Positions 45,656 through 56,326 of a stretch of DNA of 64,000 nucleotides are shown here, piece by piece. This stretch comes from Daphnia carinata. Its lineage: Eukaryota. Location: positions 14,198,001 through 14,262,000 of the forward strand of contig NC_081331.1 of NCBI RefSeq assembly GCF_022539665.2. Reading direction: 5' to 3'. Numbering within the stretch: the first letter of the stretch is position 1; every line of letters starts with the position of its first letter. The position numbers and the translations under genes were made by a program. The notes under the pieces were generated by a model. It searched no databases. It was not told the DNA's origin and worked only from the letters and a program-made list of their open reading frames with translations.

Positions 45656-46499
45656 ATCACCCACAATCTTCGATTAGATCTCACGCCCTCCTTTGTGTAA
45701 TAACGTCGTCTGTTATAGGAACAATGTTCTTGTTTACATCGAGTCCTATTGACTTGGACCGTTTTGATACTGTACACCATCTTCTTTTGTTAGTCCTTTC
45801 GTTCCAGTTGCTTTTGTTTCAAAACACGTTTCTTAATAAGTTGGTGATTCTAGTCCATTTGTCTGATTGACCTCCTGTACATATTTTTTTCTTCGTCGAT
45901 GGACTTTGAATATTGCTGATTCGTGCACAAAAAATGTTTTTCATGTTTGTCGTCCATTTGCTTGAAGTTTTTCCCATCTTATTTTGCCAGGCGATTTCGT
46001 GATTACCTCAATCATGGAACGTGTAGAAGGAAGTGCCGTAATTCCTTCCTTCTAGCAACCTGAGCAAACATATCCAAATCAGTTAAAACTGTACAATCCG
46101 ATATTGTTCATATTTCTTCCCCTACATTTTTGACTGGCCCAATGATCCCCTTTTTGTCGTCATTTTGACATGAAAAAAATTGTGTTATGTATGCAAAATG
46201 TAAAACTTATTGACAAGAACGTCCAAAATAATAAGCTGATTCAAATGTCGGTTTCGTATCTTACTATGTAAATCTCTCAGTGAGTTTCTATAGTAATAAA
46301 ATCGGTTTGCTAGCCATCGACGGGTTTAAGCGAAATCCATTTTCTATGAATAAAAATTCACCTTGATATTATGGCAATCCGTTTCATATGGCAATCCGTT
46401 TTACCCAAAATAAAAATAAAAAATATTGGCCTTTTTTCTGTTTTACTGCTATCGCCATCTACCGATCACGCTACTAGTTAACTCTCTACTACACTGACC

Positions 46500-46592
46500 G
46501 AAAAAAATTTTTAAGCCCGACTAATTAAGGCCGACTAAATAAGCCCGACTTTTCTCGGTCGGGCTTAAATTTATTATTTTGTCGGGCTTATT
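46500..46592. repeat. Miniature TAAGCCCGAC inverted-repeat element
   Basis: Three TAAG(C/G)CCGAC copies are directly followed by two GTCGGGCTTA copies. Confidence 0.7.
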
Positions 46593-46758
46593 TAAAACCT
46601 GGCCAAATAGTATTTCCACTAGATGGCGTGCAGATTCATCAGCCTCTAGCGTGTTGAAATGGAACTATTGTTATTTTTTGTTGTCATGTGATTCTCATTG
46701 TTTACTTTGTTTTTACGTTGACAACGTGTATTTGAGTTTCTCTCGTCTGAACGGTATC

Positions 46759-47687
46759 GTTATTTCTGTTTGTTTTTTTTTGTTGTTTTTACCTCCACCC
46801 CTATTATCGACGTGCAAATATTCTTCTTTTGTTAGTAAACATATCCAGTAGTGGAGTTGCAAGTAACAGATGGGTTCTGTTGTGTACTTTGCACATGTCG
46901 TGGTTTGTTGCATGATTTTATTACTTTGTGAATCAATTGTAACTTATTTACGAGACATTCTTGAAGATGTGCTATTTGCTAATATTCTGCAAGAATGGGA
47001 TCACCCATTTACTTCTGTCTGGTAATAACCATATCTGTTCAACTATCCCCTTAATTCTGATGACTACAAAATTAAGGGGATGGTTTTAAAACATTAAAAC
47101 ATTATTGTTATTTCTGTTTTTTTTTGTTGTTTTTACCTCCACCCCTATTATCGGTGTGCAAATATTGCACTGCTTCATTACCTAAACGAAATGTCAGCCG
47201 TTGCACTTGGGCTTAAAATGAGGTAATATTAACATACTTTTGGAAAACCAGGTCTCATGTTGTATCATTCTGGGTAAAGCCAGTGTTACAAGCAGAACTG
47301 TGCATGATATTTGGTGAAAATCGATGGTTTTTGTGTTTACAACCAAAAGCCAATTTTCAGGATTATTAAGATGATAATTTACTACTTTTACATTTGCAAC
47401 ATGTTAATCTTATTCTTCTTTTGTTAGTAAACATATCCAGTAGTGGAGTTGCAAGTAACAGATGGGTTCTGTTGTGTAATTTGCACATGTCGTGGTTTGT
47501 TGCATGATCTTATTACTTTGTGAATCAATTGTAACTTATTTACGAGACATTCTTGAAGATGTGGTATTTGCTAATATTCTGCAAGAATAGGATCACCCAT
47601 TTACTTCTGTCTGGTAATAACCATATCTGTTCAACTATCCCCTTAATTCTGATGACTACAAAATTAAGGGGATGGTTTTAAAACATT
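46759..47687. repeat. Tandem direct duplication; the first copy lacks an internal ~245 bp segment
   Basis: 46759-46822 matches 47107-47166, and 46819-47095 matches 47411-47687 nearly identically. Confidence 0.9.
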
Positions 47688-47845
47688 TGCTTCGATTATT
47701 ATGTGTGTGGTAGTGATTTGAAGTGGTATACAGGTCGTACCTGAAAGCTGAACTTTAAGAACTTTGAAAGGCCATGTTATGTTCATTTACTATAGTTTAC
47801 ATTTGAAACTACGCAGATCTTTTGTAAGTTGTGAAGGAGAACATA

Positions 47846-48244
47846 GTTCATTTTTTACATTTTCGAAATTATAACTTTCAGTACAACTTCCGGTTTGAAA
47901 ATGCCTAATAACTCACTATCTGTTGGTCTGAATGAAAAAAGAACCACATTTTCGTAATCCTCGTGAAATTTGGGGTCGAATCCATGTGTCAGTAGGAAAT
48001 AGCCGAAAATCGTCAAAAATCGCAAATTTCCCTGAACTATAGTTCAGGAAAAATCACGATTTTGGCCAAATTGGACTTTTCGCCAAAAACAGGTCAAAAT
48101 AGGTCAGACACGCCCTAAATTTCACGAGGATCACGAAAATCATATTCGTTTTGTTGTGGGCCCAGTATTTCTGGAGATATAGGCTACTTCCGGTCACTTC
48201 CGGTAAATTTTTTTTTTAAACTTCGCAAAAACTAAAAAATGAAC
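47846..48244. mobile_element. ~400 bp palindromic MITE-like element nested in element A
   Basis: Ends GTTCATTTTTT / AAAAAATGAAC. Internal inverted repeat ATTTTCGTAATCCTCGTGAAATTT (47948) / AAATTTCACGAGGATCACGAAAAT (to 48140). Central perfect palindrome CCTGAACTATAGTTCAGG at 48030-48047. Confidence 0.65.
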
Positions 48245-48583
48245 ATTAATATGCCAAACACTTTAAGCATTTCGATCATATATGAAATGGTGTAGAAGCT
48301 TCTTTCGTGCTTGTTTTGTTATTTTACTGTTGGTTGATCGCGCGAATTGATATACTTATGACACTACTTCGTTAACAGAGACTACTAGCATTATGTATCA
48401 CGCTAATGGGAAGGTATACCTGGTAAATATAGATCATAGCATGAAGATATACCACATACTATTATTATAACCTTATCACGCACGGCCATCTGATGTATAG
48501 TCAGGTTGAAAAATAAGCCCGACTTCTTGTTTTACGTTACGCTGTATCGTATTAGCACGGTACAGGTAATTACATAATATTAA

Positions 48584-48650
48584 TAGCTCTGAGGTAGAGC
48601 GTCTGACTACGGGAATCGAGAATCAAGAGTTCGAGTCACGTCTGGATCCA
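48584..48650 (+). pseudogene. Degenerate tRNA-like sequence resembling tRNA-Arg(ACG)
   Basis: A-box-like TAGCTCTGAGGTAGAGC, then GCGTCTGACTACGG as in the eukaryotic Arg-ACG anticodon arm, then B-box-like GTTCGAGTC. The stems are broken. Confidence 0.6.
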
Positions 48651-48845
48651 ATGTGCCAGAGGATTGAATTACGGTTGCCACTATAGACAATATTTCTTTG
48701 TACGAAAAATGAATCACTCTATTGTATTTATAGGTGACATTCCGAGACGGAAATATTAAATTGCGTTGGGACGCACAACAATATTATTACAAGTGCAAAT
48801 AGATTTCCTTCAAAAGACATGGAAAAATAGTTATTTAATTTACAA

Positions 48846-48916
48846 GACTCATGGCTCTATGGTTGAGCATCGGCGTCGCACGCCAGAGATCAAGGGTTCA
48901 GTCCCCTAGAGAGTCA
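48846..48916 (+). pseudogene. tRNA-like cloverleaf, Ala(CGC)-like
   Basis: Acceptor-like GACTC/GAGTC, D-arm GCTC-TATGGTT-GAGC, arm GGC-GTCGCAC-GCC, T-arm AGGG-TTCAGTC-CCCT. Confidence 0.6.
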
Positions 48917-49275
48917 AAATGAAAATAAATATGTGTAACTCAAAATGTCAAATCTGATATACAATGCATGTATACTATTCAATATCAGTAATTCACATAA
49001 AGTTGTAGAATCTCCATGAAGTGAGATTAAAGTGCATCGTTCCATAATCTGTCTAACAACGAAATATAGTCCCATGATTGGGAATAGCAAAAACTGAAAA
49101 TGTAATGTATACGTCAATAAATTGACATAGCGACATCTATAAGGAAATGTATGTGTAATAAATAAGGAAATGTGAACAGTGCAGTGCAACAGCACGACAG
49201 TAAAAAAGACAATATCTGTAAATATTTTTTTGTAAAGAATTTGTATTGACAGTATTCGGCACAATTTGAAGACTT

Positions 49276-49641
49276 GCAACTTTGAAAGGCAAAATAGCCG
49301 ATTTCAAAGTTGCTGTCAACCAAGGTAGGGGGAGACACTACCTCAGTTTGACTCACCGGGGAGATTACCCGGTGCGTGGCTAAGAGAAGCCGGAAGAAGA
49401 GCGAAGGTTGCGGACAAGCTTTTACGTGAGCGATTAACTGTTAATTCGGATTTTTGGGTAGCCCCATAGCCCTCCAATGATATCATCGGACCATGAGGAC
49501 CCCCACGTCCCCTTTCCAGACAGCGCACTCACAACCGTTACTGCTGATCACAGTAGGGGCATGACCCCCTACGGGCTTATTAAAAATCAAAGGGAAACGG
49601 GGCCACAGAAAAGAAGGGAGCCCAGATATACACTTCAATTT
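49276..49641 (-). ncRNA. Conserved multi-hairpin structured element, copy 1 (diverged); function unknown
   Basis: Alignable to 53207-53587 and 54490-54870 with stems preserved. Strand inferred from G-U-compatible substitutions. Confidence 0.5.
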
Positions 49642-49879
49642 ATATAAATTTTAATACTTTGTTTTCCGGCCGCAGCAACGACTGAAGGTAATGGGCAGGA
49701 AGCATTTTTCAAAAATTCCTTCGGGCTTCCAACCGTTATCATTATGAAATTTGGTTCGACTAGATACCTCTTTTGATTCAGTATGATTCTTAACCTATTT
49801 AAAGAAAACGAAACATGAATCAATTTTTAAACGTTTGCCCATCAATATATATTCAATAAGGATCGGTGCAATCCTTCTT

Positions 49880-51380
49880 TACCTCTTGTTTTGGTGAACT
49901 ACTGGTATTAACTGTATTCAGCTAATGGTTTGACAGACATAGTGCTTGCTTGGATGGTAAGTTGACGGGCAGCGAAGAAACTAATCATTAAGCGACTACC
50001 TATTTTCTAATACCTATGCAAAAAACACAATAAATGGCATTTTAATTAGTTATAATCATGGGTTTCCAGGCACAAAAAAAGACAGACTTACTGGGTGAGA
50101 CGGTTCAAAACGTTCCAACTTCTTTCAGGACCCCTGCATCAGAATGACAGACTGAGGATGAGTTCGGAAGTCGCGAATTGAGATAGCCAATTTCGGTAAT
50201 ATACTTGATCTCTTTCATACTAGGCATGTAATCTAAATTTGCTGTACAATGTACAACAAAAAACAAAGCAGTAAAATAATTCTGTATAAAAAATTACTAA
50301 ATTGCATTTTGTTACACCTATTTGGCTTTGTAAAGTGATACTAACTTACAACATAGTCCTGTGAAGTTGCTCACCGGGCATGACAAGCAATACATCTTCG
50401 ATATAAGCTGAAGCAGTCTGATTCAAGAATGCTTAGGTTGTCCAAAAACACTGCATACTGACTGATGGAACAGCAGAAAATCAGGATGTAGATTAATTGA
50501 TTTTCCAGAAATAAGTACCTTTGACGTTTGAAATTCTGACCAACTGTTTTTGCTGTTCACATTTTTCAAAATGTTCAGCACATACTTAAGGCCACCATAG
50601 CACAGAATTTTTTCCAGTTTTGCAAACATACCATCACAGCATCTATGAGGAACAGGAGAGGTTAAAGTTTTCTTTCTTTAAAAATCTATTTATTTCATAA
50701 CATACCACGATAAGCTCTTCTTTTGTAATGGGCAGCCCTCTCTAAGTACTTGCATAAGTAATGCTTCAATACTTAGAACAGCTGAAACAAGCAGTTGTGA
50801 TAAAAAAAAGTATCAGCACCACTGGCAAGAATATAAGCATGAAGACTTGTTATGGACAATATCTACAATTGGTACAAATGACAGATGGGGTGAAACTACA
50901 ATACGACGAACTAAACTGAACCTTCCTCATTGATGTGTCAATCTATAGAAGGATTTAAATCTTTCTTAATGAGACATGCAGGATACTGTTTAAAATTTTA
51001 GTAAAGATGGTACCAAATGCTGAGTTACTAGAAATTTTGCCCGGAAAATCTCCAACTGACACGTGAAACATAAATCAGCTGTTCTGCATTTGCAAATCCA
51101 GTGTTCAAGTAACCATATTATCCAATCCATGTCTGCCATGTCTTGGTGTCACATAGAAAATCGTAAAAATTGTTTTAAAAAAAGAATATATTTTTTTCGA
51201 TAGTGAGTTTTATTAATATCTAAATAACGAAAGTCATATGTATACTCACAGATGTATCACTTTTCAATCCAAAGAAGTCTTATTTTTTTCTTAAGCCAAA
51301 CTTTTTTGTGAAGAAATGAAGAGTTTCTACTGGCATTACTCATTTTCACTGAAGGAAATCCTTGCAAACACACCATATTA
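49880..51380 (-). pseudogene. Decayed multi-exon gene remnant carried in element A; product not recognised
   Basis: A regular series of minus-strand donors (plus-strand ACTCAC ~51244, GTAC ~51010 and ~50516, CATAC ~50701, ACTTAC ~50086) and pyrimidine-rich acceptors. The exon-like blocks contain stops. Confidence 0.35.
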
Positions 51381-51751
51381 GGAGCAGCGCGACGAAGCAG
51401 AAATATTAGGTCAATGTATATAGAGAATTAACTAAAAATCTGACCGTTAGATGGCGATAGCAGAAATACAGAAAAAATGCTTATATTTTTTTTGGGGGTT
51501 GGGGGGGGGGGTAAAACGGATTGCCATATAATAACGTATATATCTGGCAATCCGTTTTACACAAAAAAAAAAAAAATATCGCCAAAAAAAAAAACAAAAA
51601 TCGCACTTTTTTCTTTTTTTCCGACACGTAGCCATCTACCGCTCAGACTCGTTATGACTAGCGTAGGCAATTTCAGTCCATTGGATTCCATTCGCAGTTA
51701 GTTCAGTAGCGTGGATGGAGAATAACGCGTGGCTGGAGGAACAATTGAAAA

Positions 51752-52355
51752 ATGGATTAGATAATAAAACAAAAAAATGGTAAGTATAAACATTATTATA
51801 TTGGTTTTCAATTATTAATTATTGTTTATTAGATCAAATTATGAAGCTGCAGGCCCAGTTATTGGAACAACACAAAATATTAGATAACAACAAAGCTAAG
51901 GATCGTAGGCCTAATACGTAATGATTCTATTTATTTGCTTTTATTCATTCGTGTTTTGTAGCTCAAATTTTGAGTCTACAAGCTCAGCTAGGGGAAAAGA
52001 ACAAATTGGAACGAAACACTTTCCAAACAGTGAAGGAGGTTTTTCAAAACTCATCCCTAACTGAACGTGAGGATGAGTTGGCATTAGGTGAACACAGCCA
52101 GGTACCTAAACTTTTCAAATAAGAATTCAAAATAAGTATAGAATTTTAAAAAACAATTATTTATTGTTTAGTTATTCAGTCCACTACCTGACAGCGTGTT
52201 AAAGTTAAATTCTGTTAGTGCTGCACTAAAAGAATTGTTAGTAATAAGCCCATGCAGTGAAGGAACTGAACAATTGTGGGACCATATTTGGGCCGAAAAT
52301 GGGTGTGGTACAGAAACCCAGAAATGGCACAAGTTCAACATGAAACATGGATTAG
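51752..52355 (+). pseudogene. Disabled copy of the spliced coiled-coil cargo gene (left arm)
   Basis: Same exon/intron layout as 55722-56326, but codon 3 is TAG (51758-51760) where the right arm has AAG. Confidence 0.55.
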
Positions 52356-53206
52356 GTACTTTTCGGTTTTTTGTCTATCGAAAAAGTATTTTTAATGCTA
52401 TTATTTTGCATTCACAGAACTTTAGCAGGGGATTAAGTCAAGTCTGGAAGTGTTACAGGATGGAAGAGTCAGCCTACAGTTGAAAAAAACACTGAGAGTG
52501 CATTACCATTAAGCTATGAGGTAAAGTAATAGGGTATGCACATTGTCTAATGAGAAGTACCATCTTGTGTGAATGAATCCTGTATAACAGCAATCCTTTA
52601 TAGTTCTGTCACAGCTAGAAGCCTCAAATAATTCTGCTTCCCTTGCTAAAGAACAACTTGTCCTTTACGCTCAGTGTTGGTGAAGCTGGGTACTTAAATG
52701 GCCCTAAAGATGTTTCACTTCACTGGCATTGCAGCGATGAACATCATACATAGACTCTTTAGGTATGAAAGGAATTTTCTTGAAAATTTTTTGAATTTAT
52801 GATGAAGCTTTTCTCCTCCTTTTTGCCAACCATGTCTAATCTACAAAAAAAAAATTATCCAATAGGAAAGGATTTTCAGCATACTGGGAACACAACTATC
52901 AACAATGCAACATTCTAGGGGTTTTATTTTATCATTCAAGAGCCTTATACAATGATTTTCATCTGCAATTTGTATGGCCTTTCCCAAGCTTCTGCTAGAA
53001 GTTGAATCTATGAGTCATGTAAGTCATGAGCAACAATTGAGATGCTTAATGGTGTTTTTCTTTTCTCAGTGTAGGTTAATAGTAACATTGGATCTGAAAA
53101 GATTCTTGGTTGGGGCATGACACTGAATAAATTGTAATGATTGAATGGATGACATGACATTTCTATACTTCATTCGGATTCCCGAGACGGTATTTTATAT
53201 TTAAAA

Positions 53207-53587
53207 AATTGAAGTGCATATCTGGGCTCCCTTCCTTTCCGTAGCCCCGTTTCCCCTTGACTCGTAATAAGCCCGTAGGGGGTCATGCCCCTACTGTACG
53301 GTATATATAAAAACAACATATACCGAGGTTTGGAGGGCTCTGGCCGGAAAGGGGACGTGGATGTCCGCTTAGTCCGATGATGTGTTCACGGAGGGCTCTG
53401 TGGCTACCCACAAATCCGAACTAAAGGTTAATCGCTCCTGTAAAAATGTTCCAAATCTTCAGCTCTTCTTCCGGCTTCTCTTAGCCAATCACCGGGTAAT
53501 CTCCCTGGTGGGTCAACAAGGCAGTGTCTCCCCCTGCCTGGGTTGACGGCAACTTTTGAAAGGGCTATTGTGCCTTTTTAAAGTTGC
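53207..53587 (+). ncRNA. Conserved multi-hairpin structured element, copy 2; function unknown
   Basis: Hairpins GTAGGGG/CCCCTAC, CGGTATAT/ATATACCG, GGAC/GTCC, TGTGG/CCACA, CACCGGG/CCTGGTG, GTCAAC-AGGCAG/CTGCCT-GTTGAC and GCAACTTT-GAAAGGGC/GCCTTTTT-AAAGTTGC. Confidence 0.5.
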
Positions 53588-53883
53588 AAAAATAATTGTA
53601 ACGTGTAGAGAATTGTCAATAAATTTTTTTTTCATAAAATATTTTTTGCAAAATTTGTCTCTTTCATTGTCTGTGTTCGCTTTGTTCACACATTACAATT
53701 ACCAAATTTTTTTTTATTTAGCTTGCTCAATTCATCTTTATTGTTTTTGCCACCGTTGTATCGTTTATCTGTAAGTATTCAATTATTATTATTACACTTT
53801 TTGAATTCTTGAACTTAGACAAGAAACAACGAGTAATACCTGGATATTTTCTGAAGTAATTTTGTAATTATATATTGTTTTAC

Positions 53884-53948
53884 TGGCATGGGAATCGATC
53901 CCCAGACATTTAGCGTGCAACGCCGATGCTCTAACATTGAGCCACGAG
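53884..53948 (-). pseudogene. tRNA-like sequence, Ala(TGC)-like
   Basis: The minus strand reads GTGGCTCAATGTTAGAGCATCGGCGTTGCACGCTAAATGTCTGGGGATCGATTCCCATGCCA, homologous to 48846-48916. Confidence 0.55.
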
Positions 53949-54047
53949 ATATATTTAAAATTTTATTATCGCATATCATATGTTATCCTCTAGGATGTTT
54001 ATGCAGTCTTTCACAACTATATGTTTATCTTTCTATTGCTTTCGTAA

Positions 54048-54110
54048 GGTCCATAGCTCTGTGGTAGAGCATTCAGCTGCGATAACTGTTACCCTGGGTT
54101 CAAACCTTAC
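54048..54110 (+). pseudogene. Degenerate tRNA-like sequence
   Basis: TAGCTCTGTGGTAGAGC (A-box/D-arm, one mismatch from 48584-48600) and GGTTCAAACC (B-box consensus GGTTCRANCC). Confidence 0.55.
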
Positions 54111-54232
54111 TAAATGTATAATGATCTACATCTAAATGGAGGAAAGAATAATGCACTAATGCATTTCAATTTTATTCAAAGTGTAAATGCAAGTCCGCAA
54201 GTGACTAGAAAAAAGCCAACTTGACATCATAT

Positions 54233-54300
54233 GATTCATGGCTCATTGGTAGAGCATAGGCGCGGTATGCCGAACATCCAGCGTTCGATCCCTGGATAAT
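54233..54300 (+). pseudogene. Degenerate tRNA-like sequence
   Basis: GATTCATGGCTCATTGGTAGAGCATAGGCGCGGTATGCCGAACATCCAGCGTTCGATCCCTGG has an A-box and a B-box. It is homologous to 48846 and 53884. Confidence 0.55.
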
Positions 54301-54489
54301 AATTGAATGCTTACAGCCTACACTGGCAAAAAACAATATAGGTGAATTGAGCAAGCTAAATAAAAAAAAAGGCGATATATGTAATGTGTGAACACAGCGA
54401 ACAAAGACAATGAAAGAGACAAATTTTGCAAAAAATATTTTATGAAAAAAAAATTTATTGACAATGCTCTACACGTTACAATTATTTTT

Positions 54490-54870
54490 GCAACTTTAAA
54501 AAGGCACAATAGCCCTTTCAAAAGTTGCCGTCAACCCAGGCAGGGGGAGACACTGCCTTGTTGACCCACCGGGGAGATTACCCGGTGATTGGCTAAGAGA
54601 AGCCGGAAGAAGAGCTGAAGATTTGGAACATTTTTACAGGAGCGATTAACCTTTAGTTCGGATTTGTGGGTAGCCACAGAGCCCTCCGTGAACACATCAT
54701 CGGACTAAGCGGACATCCACGTCCCCTTTCCGGACAGAGCCCTCCAAACCTCGGTATATGTTGTTTTTATATATACCGTACAGTAGGGGCATGACCCCCT
54801 ACGGGCTTATTACGAGTCAAGGGGAAACGGGGCTACGGAAAGGAAGGGAGCCCAGATATGCACTTCAATT
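54490..54870 (-). ncRNA. Conserved multi-hairpin structured element, copy 3 (mirror of copy 2)
   Basis: Reverse complement of 53207-53587 with very few substitutions. Confidence 0.5.
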
Positions 54871-55721
54871 TTTTAAATATAAAATACCGTCTCGGGAATC
54901 CGAATGAAGTATAGAAATGTCATGTCATCCATTCAATCATTACAATTTATTCAGTGTCATGCCCCAACCAAGAATCTTTTCAGATCCAATGTTACTATTA
55001 ACCTACACTGAGAAAAGAAAAACACCATTAAGCATCTCAATTGTTGCTCATGTGACTTACATGACTTATAGATTCAACTTCTGGCAGAAGCTTGGGAAAG
55101 GCCATACAAATTGCAGATGAAAATCATTGTATAAGGCTCTTGAATGATAAAATAGCACCCCTAGAATGTTGCATTGTTGATAGTTGTGTTCCCAGTATGC
55201 TGAAAATCCTTTCCTATTAGATAAATTTTTTTTTAGATTAGACATGGTTGGCAAAAAGCAGGAGAAAAGCTTCATCATAAATTCAAAAAATTTTCAAGAA
55301 AATTCCTTTCATACCTAAAGAGTCTATGTATGATGTTCATCGCTGCAATGCCAGTGAAGTGAAACATCTTTAGGGCCATTTAAGTACCCAGCTTCACCAA
55401 CACTGAGCGTAAAGGACAAGTTGTTCTTTAGCAAGGGAAGCAGAATTATTTGAGGCTTCTTGCTGTGACAGAACTATAAAGGATTGCTGTTATACAGGAT
55501 TCATTCACACAATATGGTTCTTCTCATTAGACAATGTGCATACTTTATTACTTAACCTCATACCCTTATGGTAATGCACTCTCAGTGTTTTTTTCAACTG
55601 TAGGCTGACTCTTCCATCCTGTAACACTTCCAGACTTGACTTGATCCCCTGCTAAAATTCTGTGAATGCAAAATAATAGCATTAAAAATACTTTTTCGAT
55701 AGACAAAAAACCGAAAAGTAC

Positions 55722-56326
55722 CTAATCCACGTTTTATGTTGAACTCATGCCATATCTCGGTTTCCGTATCACACCCATTTTCGGCCCAAATATGGTCCCA
55801 CAATTGTTCAATTCCTTCGCTGCATGGACTTATTATTAATGATTCTTTTAGTGCAGCACTAACAGAATTTAAATTTAACACACTGTCAGGTGGTAGACTG
55901 AATAACTAAACAATAAATAGTTGTTTGTTAAAATTCTATACTTATTTTGAATTCTTATTTGAAAAGTTTAGGTACCTGACTGTGTTCGCCTAATGCCAAC
56001 TCACCCTCATGTTCAGTTAGGGAAGAGTTTTGAAAAACCTCCTTCACTGTTTGGAAACTGTTTCGTTCCAATTTGTTCTTTTCCCCTAGCTGAGCTTGTA
56101 GACTCAAAATTTGAGCTACAAAACACAAATGAATAAAAGCAAATAAATAGAATCATTATGTATTAGGCCTTACCATCCTTAGCTTTGCTGTTATCTAATA
56201 TTTTGTGTTGTTCCAATAATTGGGCCTGCAGCTTCATAATTTGATCTAATAAACAATAATTAATAAGTGAAAACCAATATAATAATGTTTATACTTACCA
56301 TCCTTTTGTTGTATTATCTTATCCAT
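55722..56326 (-). CDS. Putative spliced cargo gene encoding an uncharacterised protein with an N-terminal coiled coil (exons 56326-56299, 56245-56174, 56115-55976, 55905-55722; 3' end unresolved)
   Basis: Four GT-AG exons join into 141 open codons: MDKIIQQKDDQIMKLQAQLLEQHKILDNSKAKDAQILSLQAQLGEKNKLERNSF...EQLWDHIWAENGCDTETEIWHEFNIKRGL. Confidence 0.5.

Larger units (their letters stand above)
46390..51525. mobile_element. ~5.1 kb TIR-bounded non-autonomous DNA element (element A)
   Basis: 46390-46464 (GGCAATCCGTTTTACCC...CTGCTATCGCCATCTA) is the imperfect reverse complement of 51445-51525. AT flanks both ends. Confidence 0.7.

Noticed and set aside
47045..47081. CTGATGA in a hairpin loop as a hammerhead ribozyme or C/D snoRNA
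   Set aside because: There is no stem II followed by GAAA and no three-way junction. It is a simple hairpin.
52864..52950. ERIFSILG peptide as a hAT or P-element transposase C-terminal motif
   Set aside because: It is a very short match surrounded by stops, with no supporting DDE motifs.
48584..54300. tRNA-like units as functional tRNA genes
   Set aside because: Acceptor and anticodon stems are incomplete, the loops are non-canonical, and no T-run terminator follows directly.
54700..54860. Structured element as an HDV-like ribozyme, RNase MRP/P RNA or telomerase RNA
   Set aside because: TCCACGT lacks a flanking P3/P1 pseudoknot, there is no GAAAGTCCCC-type CR-I to pair with ACGGGGCT, and no CCTAA-repeat template is evident.
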